This document shows, in pieces, positions 60,839 through 64,000 of a stretch of 64,000 nt of DNA (position 1 is the first letter of the stretch; every line of letters begins with the position of its first letter). This DNA comes from Salpingoeca rosetta. Lineage: Eukaryota; Protista; Choanoflagellata. Both the position numbers and the translations under genes were made by a program. Location of the stretch: positions 1,121,037 to 1,185,036 of the forward strand of contig JAWQFM010000008.1 of NCBI GenBank assembly GCA_033442325.1, given 5' to 3'. The notes beneath the pieces are model-generated. The model was not told the DNA's origin. It made no database searches and was given only the letters and a program-made list of their open reading frames with translations.

Positions 60839-64000
<3,162 letters not shown>

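Overview
Eukaryotic, gene-dense, intron-rich genomic DNA with no prokaryotic features (no CRISPR, rRNA, tRNA or IS elements). The (GT)n/(CA)n-filled short introns, CAA/CAG polyQ tracts and mix of flagellar and animal-like genes suggest a unicellular holozoan, most likely a choanoflagellate of the Salpingoeca rosetta type (inference). Almost all HTHT/VCVC ORFs in the supplied track are microsatellite artefacts. Manual splicing of GT..AG exons gives 11 well-supported genes and one weak one: MINDY3-like deubiquitinase (-, runs off the left edge), a weak small ORF (+), GRXCR-like (-), PIG-S (-), IFT122 (+), EFL1 (-), an SAH/PDZ protein (-), PDCD4 (+), RPS8 (-), NDUFS1 (+), STRAD-like pseudokinase (-) and a triple-SH3 protein (+, runs off the right edge). 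Highlights: (1) a nested MINDY architecture with 3 UIMs and a chromo-like domain that itself contains an NZF-like zinc finger, interrupted by a frameshift or split; (2) introns polarised with (GU)n near the donor and (CA)n near acceptors that often lack a U-rich pyrimidine tract; (3) a STRAD pseudokinase with a ~900-aa polyQ/polyH tail; (4) a homolog of the stereocilia protein GRXCR; (5) an RPS8 start codon split by an intron behind a 5'TOP-like tract; (6) an apparent 25-nt lesion in IFT122. All family assignments come from recalled motifs, not database searches.
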